A stretch of 22,497 nt of DNA, taken from Ascoidea asiatica JCM 7603 (taxonomy: Eukaryota > Fungi > Ascomycota). The notes below the pieces were generated by a model. It was not told the DNA's origin. It did no database searches and saw nothing but the letters and a program-made list of their open reading frames with translations. Positions 17,801-22,497 of the stretch are shown here, piece by piece. A program made the position numbers and the translations under genes. Positions within the stretch are counted from its first letter, which is position 1; every line of letters starts with the position of its first letter. The DNA lies in contig BCKQ01000001.1 in the NCBI GenBank assembly GCA_001600695.1, positions 1,587,857 to 1,610,353 of the forward strand. Direction: 5' to 3'.

Positions 17801-17860
17801 AGAAAAATAGAATCCCCTGTCACATCTCCATCCAAGAAAAGAAAGAATGAAGAAAGCTAG
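14834..17860 (+). CDS. RMR1: Acidic low-complexity protein (1008 aa) with a C-terminal Rmr1/DUF2420 (UPF0646)-like domain and a probable NLS
   Basis: The only globular segment (FPVFINF..KFLLF...LELFFAALR...LDLKISEDNVYAKELTFKDLLFIF...KRFSWYFNNL) matches my recollection of DUF2420/Rmr1. The protein ends SPSKKRKNEES. Confidence 0.65.
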   Translation: MTEEDSAIDIEEKVTSDEELQTLESNSEKIDQLLNSNELKDNNDIEMIFDDLKNNSSPNDTGMQLINHNVQNDQDSLVTASLSIFKNNYENQDPVQNQDSNNNNVNQFHTLNQVEQYNHFDQLNSNDQNIDYNEEDIEIGENSEKGNYPDAIEINTESSENENENENEDDEDENENEIENEDENEGENEDVSEDEIESEDEDEDENENENENENENENENKNENKNKNKIENENEGEDLEDQEEEGSETKSENGDITGHDNSVFDIDPDNSGSINDTSMIMRNNENQLISEIMNESENDIDSNIESDYDNEEEYQDEEESQENIENDEAKEKINPESKENIDTPEVTGKNEDIQEVADTRKLENGNHDEFENGKMTEKTEKEFYNKITEKDPENGDTEISRKNQAIDVSLPESGKGESYLKPEIVRSEIPSNSSEISKQTNGDIEIALHNKLEDSSIIKSSIELPFHLNVQKESFINDQIPAEKSIVDKNIEDSKPFVNPMDTTLAHFDSDLNSKFNSESKTDFEKTNISSKTDVNHEDEEHKKNNIRKIEGQTEKPDVQNEKDTKMEIVNESTIPKKNNSELLDKKFSDVNEPLNESEKVSPLNNENFNENEDQNLISNTVSNALKTNHQSEDSINDKINVEPKSETEKGIESRISKKSEIDEKKHTSIGDQNRDVLKAPIESINGQDEDSANSVDVGLEMNAKSSFGISKKGESVDVDMEMKVDSSHLIFNGFDSRLNNEEFSDGIKEKEEIKPFDIGTFPVFINFFEKKFLLFELDDSKYNDLPSIFDSSSHYMIDESLELFFAALREKFISVGSPLDFNDEIKLKIKVLDLKISEDNVYAKELTFKDLLFIFWKLPFQERKTHINVDMVTKKRFSWYFNNLISKIGLKKVSSLEEDSKSNISEKGLALEETEKKEHKNTPNNDIHKSPSETTASHGLPPIPLANNNESNIAKADPTSELRAKLLRKFQTKRLNVNKDGPGMSDNKRKIESPVTSPSKKRKNEES
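15311..15537 (+). repeat. Coding hexamer repeats (GAGAAT/GAAAAT/GAAGAT) encoding EN/ED/KN dipeptide runs
   Basis: Read directly; explains the spurious (MK)n ORF at 15315-15551. Confidence 0.85.
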
Positions 17861-18304
17861 TATTTTCTTTTGAATTCGTTATAACATGTGTGTATTATTA
17901 AATTTTCTCTATTGTTTGTTATTTTTATTTATTTTTATATATATTATATAGTCTCGTGAAAGTTCTAATATATTTGCTGACTGAAATTTGAAACTTTAGT
18001 AATATTCCTGGTACTGTATCGAAAAATTCATTAGACATCCACATATATAATACTTAAAATTAAGACTCAACTAACTTGAAGTAATTTTCATAAAAATAAT
18101 TGGCAAAAAAATTAAATATAATAAAAACTAGCAATTGGGGAATATGCTTTTGCAAGTACGACAAAAGAAGTTGAAAAAAATACAAAAATATTTTAGAAGA
18201 TAATCAGCAAAAATAAATATAGGTCTATAATAATGATGCAATAAAAGCAATTTTAAGAGAATTCTCACAATCCACTAAATAGCAAAAGAAAAGTTGATTC
18301 TTCA

Positions 18305-18740
18305 AAAAAAAAAAAAATCCAGTAGTGAAAAAAGCAAGCAGTAAAAAAATTTCGAAGAAGAAGGAAGAAAAAAAATCCTGATAATAAAAAATAAAATAAA
18401 ATAAAATGAAAGATAAGGCTTCATATTCAACCAAAATTATAAGAAAACATGTCCTTAGAAAAGTGTCAGCTAATAAAAAATAAACTGATTTTATTTTTGA
18501 AAAAAAAAAAAAAAAAAAAGAAAAAAAGAAAAAAAGAAAACAAAAGTAACCCAAAATAATTCTTTAACATTAATAATATAGGATATTGAATAATAATAAT
18601 AATTATAATAATAATAATAAAAATAATAGTAATAATATTAGTAATAGTAAAAAATAATAATAAATAATGGTAATAATAATAATACAATCGTTAAAAAAAA
18701 AAGTAAAAAAATAAAAAGAAGGCATCAACCAAAAAAAAAA
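18305..18740. repeat. Poly-A tracts and degenerate (AAT)n in the 3' flank of the 1157-aa gene
   Basis: A-runs at about 18305, 18500-18540 and 18730; AAT/AGT repeats at about 18590-18683. Confidence 0.8.
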
Positions 18741-18774
18741 GAATTAAAGTATTTTTAAGAAGATAGTTTAAGGA

Positions 18775-21700
18775 TCAGATTTGATTACTTATGTCCGAAT
18801 CTTTGAATATATCAGTTTCAGGAAGCATTTCATAAGATTGATCACTGTGATTTATTTTGAGATTGAGTTGGTCAATCTGCTCTTTCAAAGAATTGATTTT
18901 ACTTAATCGTTTATTTTTAGCCATGGATTTTCTCTTTTTGATATCACTAAGATTTGTTTCTGAATACCATCCAGACTTAGATAATTTATCAAGAATTGCC
19001 TGATATGAAGCATTTTCCAAATTCATTTGATCTATAGAAAGCTGTAACTGACCTAATAGGTCTAATTTTTTCTTTTGATTTTCTTCCATAGTAGAGATTG
19101 AGTCAGAGTTAGTATCATCAGCCTTTGAAGGGGGAACAATTTCACTGTATTGATTTTTTCTATTAGCATCAATTGTACAGTTATTGAGACTATATTGATC
19201 GTGTGCTGATGGGATCAAATCATTTAGAAACGCCAATGGTGTTACTGGCCTATTTGAAAACAGAGAGTCTATACCATAGTTTTTGTTTTGGGAAGAATCA
19301 TCTGAAAATAGGTTGTCTTCTGATCCAAAACAGTTATATCGGGAACTAACATTTATAACTGAAGAAGTTAGAGGAGTAACGTTTGTAGTAGGGGAATTGG
19401 AATTACTGAAAGAATTCATATTAAACATAGAGTTTGCCATTGAAGAACCAGTAATTGTAGAAGAAATAGCACCATTAGAACTAAAAGTTGTATTATTACT
19501 CTTCTTCGAAAAATCAGAATCTATTGAGACTTTTTGTTGATGTTCTGGCAAAGAAATGCCTTTTTGAATCTTAATAGATGCATTTGAAACTTTTCTTCGA
19601 CTTAAGGAATATGAACTTCTTTTTGAAGAAATTTTTATACTGTCGGAATAGGTAATCAAAGAAGACCTTTTAGGTTTAATGTTGGTTGCATCTTTTCTCG
19701 TTTGAGTTAAAGATGCGGAATATGGAAACGTAGATATATGAGAATCGAAATTTCCTCCATTGTTATGGGCTTTAAGAGAATGAGCGTCTAATTTGATTGA
19801 GCCAGAAGTTTTTAGTTTGATGGTCTCTAAATCCATTGAGTTTGAATTGAGGTTTGAGTTTATAGATTTTGTATCGGAAGAATGAGACTTGCCAGTAATA
19901 GGGGTAGTTACACGTCTGATTCCAAAAACGAATTTTCCCAATAGATTAGTTGAAGAAGGAGAAGAGATACTCGAAGACCTAGTAGATGGTGAGCATGCAG
20001 AATACGGAGAAATTGCAAAAGAAGAGTCCAGTGTTAAATGAGTATTAATTGATAACTTTTTATTGCCACATCTTTCTTTCAATTTAGAAAGCGTTCTTTT
20101 GATATTAATAGCCGGAGAAGGCAATAGTAATCCAGTTGTAACTATTGACTCTCTTTCTTTAATCTTATTAAAGTAATCTTCGGAACTATCTGTAGGCGCA
20201 AAGGAATTTTGTGACATCACCAAGTCAGAAGATGAGGAATCATTTCCAAGAAAAAATTTGGTGGATGCAAAAAAAGAATGTCTTTTAGTTGGAGCTGACT
20301 TTGAAGAATTGACGCTATGTTGATCATAACTTTTTGTTCTTACTGGCTTGGATTGATCCATAGATTTTTTAATGACATTATTTCCATTGGCATTGATAGC
20401 TTTAGCACTAATTCTCAATTGACTGTTTTGACTGGAATTACTTTTATAAGAAAAATCACTTTCAGATGAATTTTTACTTTTATGTGAATTTTTATCTTTA
20501 GTATCTTTATTCGAACTGCGTCTATTATTCATAACATTCAGATGACTTGTGGAGCTCAACCAAGAGTTAACGTCAATTTTATCAGAATAACCAGAATCTT
20601 TATTATGTGCGTGTAAATGAATTTGGCTAGAGTTTTTCTTTGATGCATCTCTCCAAGAATTTTTAGAGTAATCAATAGAAGAAAGAAAAGGTGAAGACAT
20701 AGACGATTTTGGTAAATTTGGGGGAGATTGTCGAAAATCCATTTGGTTTGATGAGAAATAAACATCATTGTTGATTAAATAATTATTATTATTGTTATCC
20801 GAAACCTCAGGTACGGGATTTCTCATTATAGGACTTGAATGAAATGAGTTATTTCTAGGTCTGTATGACAAAGAAGGACTTTTTGAAATAAGGCCATCGG
20901 AAATTGATCTCAAATTTTGTGAATTTGTTGTGATTGATAATGAATTTCTAGGTTTAATTGTCACTAATGGATCTATAGGTTTAGAAAGTCTTCTTTGCCT
21001 TTCTCCAGATGAATTCTGATTGAATAAGCTATTATTAAAGTCGTTATTGTTTGAGCTAAATTCATTTGCATTTCTGTTTCCATGTATCGAACCAGAAGCA
21101 AGACTGGTTAATGATTCATTGTTATATTTTGGGAATACTGGTTTGGATAAAGGAAGTGCTCTATTCAAAGCAATATCATTATTGTTATTGTTAACATTGC
21201 TATTAGCACCAACAACATTGTAATTATTGACACTGTTACTTTCATAATCATCTTCAGAATAGGAGGTTTGAAATTGATTTTGATTTAAATTTACCGAACT
21301 TTGAAGGGATTGAAATGAAACAATTGATTTCCTAGCACTTGACTTTGGTGTTGAATAAGGTAATGAATATTTTCTAGCCCTTGGGGAACTTTTAGTGAAA
21401 GATGGATTACGAGAAGTTTGAACAGCTAGTTTATCTTTCGAACTTAAAATAACATTATTGAAATTATCTGAGTTATTTATATTTTCGGAGTTAATAAAAT
21501 TTTTACCAGCAGTAATATTATTAATAGGGCTATTCCCATTACTATTAACCGGAGTCAAATTATTACTTGTGCAAGTTGAAATTGAATCTCTTTTAATTTC
21601 TTGAAATAATTTTTTTGTTGAAATATTTAAGCTAGAAGATCTATAATAATTTAAAACCCTTGTTTCACTTCCAAAATCTGAAATATAACCATTTTGTTCA

Positions 21701-22248
21701 TATACAGTAGATTTCAAAGGACCAGGGAATTTAGTGTTAGCGCCTATATCAGAATTATTATAATTATTATTGAAATTGGAATTATTTGTTGCTGAGTTAG
21801 CATAATATTGATCAATTGAGTTTAAAGATGATAATCCATCATCACCATCAATATCTTGATCATTTTCTGTTGATTTATTTTGAACAAAATGAATATTATT
21901 TTGATAATTAGTTGAATTAGTATTTAAACTATATGTATCGAAAGGGGATAATTCATCATCTTCAGGAATAATATCAACTTTCTTTGGAAGAGTTGTTGAT
22001 ATAAACTCATCATTATTTATAACATAAGAATTAATTGTCGAAGTTAATGAAACATTATCAAAAGGTATTTGTAATTGGAGTTTTTGAATTGCTTTTCCAT
22101 TTGAAGTTAAAATTGGAGCAGATCCTAAAGTTGAAAGTTGATGTGTAAAAGTAAGATTCTTTGAATTTGTGGTCAGGTCTCGAACATCAGGTTGAAAAGC
22201 ACTATCAGAAAGATGATCAGAAGATGGTAGTTCTTCTTCAGTTGTCAT
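18775..22248 (-). CDS. Unidentified Ser/Asn-rich, probably disordered protein (1157 aa) with a C-terminal helical/coiled-coil segment
   Basis: 3.5-kb uninterrupted ORF starting with ATG; heptad-like C-terminus KLDLLGQLQLSIDQMNLE...SGWYSE...INSLKEQIDQLN. Family not recognised. Confidence 0.8.
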   Translation of the reverse strand: MTTEEELPSSDHLSDSAFQPDVRDLTTNSKNLTFTHQLSTLGSAPILTSNGKAIQKLQLQIPFDNVSLTSTINSYVINNDEFISTTLPKKVDIIPEDDELSPFDTYSLNTNSTNYQNNIHFVQNKSTENDQDIDGDDGLSSLNSIDQYYANSATNNSNFNNNYNNSDIGANTKFPGPLKSTVYEQNGYISDFGSETRVLNYYRSSSLNISTKKLFQEIKRDSISTCTSNNLTPVNSNGNSPINNITAGKNFINSENINNSDNFNNVILSSKDKLAVQTSRNPSFTKSSPRARKYSLPYSTPKSSARKSIVSFQSLQSSVNLNQNQFQTSYSEDDYESNSVNNYNVVGANSNVNNNNNDIALNRALPLSKPVFPKYNNESLTSLASGSIHGNRNANEFSSNNNDFNNSLFNQNSSGERQRRLSKPIDPLVTIKPRNSLSITTNSQNLRSISDGLISKSPSLSYRPRNNSFHSSPIMRNPVPEVSDNNNNNYLINNDVYFSSNQMDFRQSPPNLPKSSMSSPFLSSIDYSKNSWRDASKKNSSQIHLHAHNKDSGYSDKIDVNSWLSSTSHLNVMNNRRSSNKDTKDKNSHKSKNSSESDFSYKSNSSQNSQLRISAKAINANGNNVIKKSMDQSKPVRTKSYDQHSVNSSKSAPTKRHSFFASTKFFLGNDSSSSDLVMSQNSFAPTDSSEDYFNKIKERESIVTTGLLLPSPAINIKRTLSKLKERCGNKKLSINTHLTLDSSFAISPYSACSPSTRSSSISSPSSTNLLGKFVFGIRRVTTPITGKSHSSDTKSINSNLNSNSMDLETIKLKTSGSIKLDAHSLKAHNNGGNFDSHISTFPYSASLTQTRKDATNIKPKRSSLITYSDSIKISSKRSSYSLSRRKVSNASIKIQKGISLPEHQQKVSIDSDFSKKSNNTTFSSNGAISSTITGSSMANSMFNMNSFSNSNSPTTNVTPLTSSVINVSSRYNCFGSEDNLFSDDSSQNKNYGIDSLFSNRPVTPLAFLNDLIPSAHDQYSLNNCTIDANRKNQYSEIVPPSKADDTNSDSISTMEENQKKKLDLLGQLQLSIDQMNLENASYQAILDKLSKSGWYSETNLSDIKKRKSMAKNKRLSKINSLKEQIDQLNLKINHSDQSYEMLPETDIFKDSDISNQI

Positions 22249-22497
22249 AATAAAGGGGAGTTTTCAAAATAATAACTTAAAATTACCTGAATTGAATCTT
22301 AAAAATAACAAAAATTATAAATACTGGATGAATTTGCTTTATACAGTATATAAATATAAATTTATATATATATATATAAGAAATATATAAATAAATATAT
22401 AAATATATTAATATATTAACTTGAACTATTTTTTTGTTTCTTTTTATATTTTTATTATTTATTAATTTTTTGTTCTCTTTTAATTAATTTTTTTTCT

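Noticed and set aside
18225-18687. Hydrophobic ORFs 18225-18554 and 18466-18687
   Set aside because: TTG-start translations of poly-T and (ATT)n tracts.
2936-21223. Remaining short ORFs in the track (2936, 4746, 6567, 7938, 9235, 9943, 12469, 13577, 17218, 17535, 19283, 20556, 21020)
   Set aside because: Antisense or alternate-frame shadows of real genes, or short AT-rich intergenic frames with no coding signal.

Overview
Very AT-rich eukaryotic DNA from a budding yeast, probably outside Saccharomycetaceae: genes are Asn-rich, introns are short with yeast-type TACTAAC branch points, and a PPT1 gene is present. The species cannot be determined from the sequence. Seven protein-coding genes, left to right: (1) the 5' end of an unidentified poly-Asn gene running off the left edge; (2) a PX-BAR sorting nexin of the Snx41/Atg20 type; (3) the meiotic helicase MER3/HFM1, which I reconstruct as a 5-exon, ~1780-aa gene that the ORF track splits; (4) a palmitoyl-protein thioesterase (PPT1 family); (5) UTP30; (6) a long acidic protein with an Rmr1/DUF2420-like domain and a probable 5'UTR intron; (7) an unidentified Ser/Asn-rich 1157-aa protein. 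I see no mobile elements, CRISPR, rRNA or complete tRNA, and no demonstrably new system. The best leads are regulatory: non-consensus MER3 splice signals with Mer1-enhancer-like C-rich motifs and a tandem GTAGTAAGT donor; MER3-RMR1 linkage with matched Cbf1 sites; and a GC-rich island containing an Ace2/Swi5-type site cluster and an orphan TFIIIC B-box. Family assignments come from motif recognition from memory, not from database searches.
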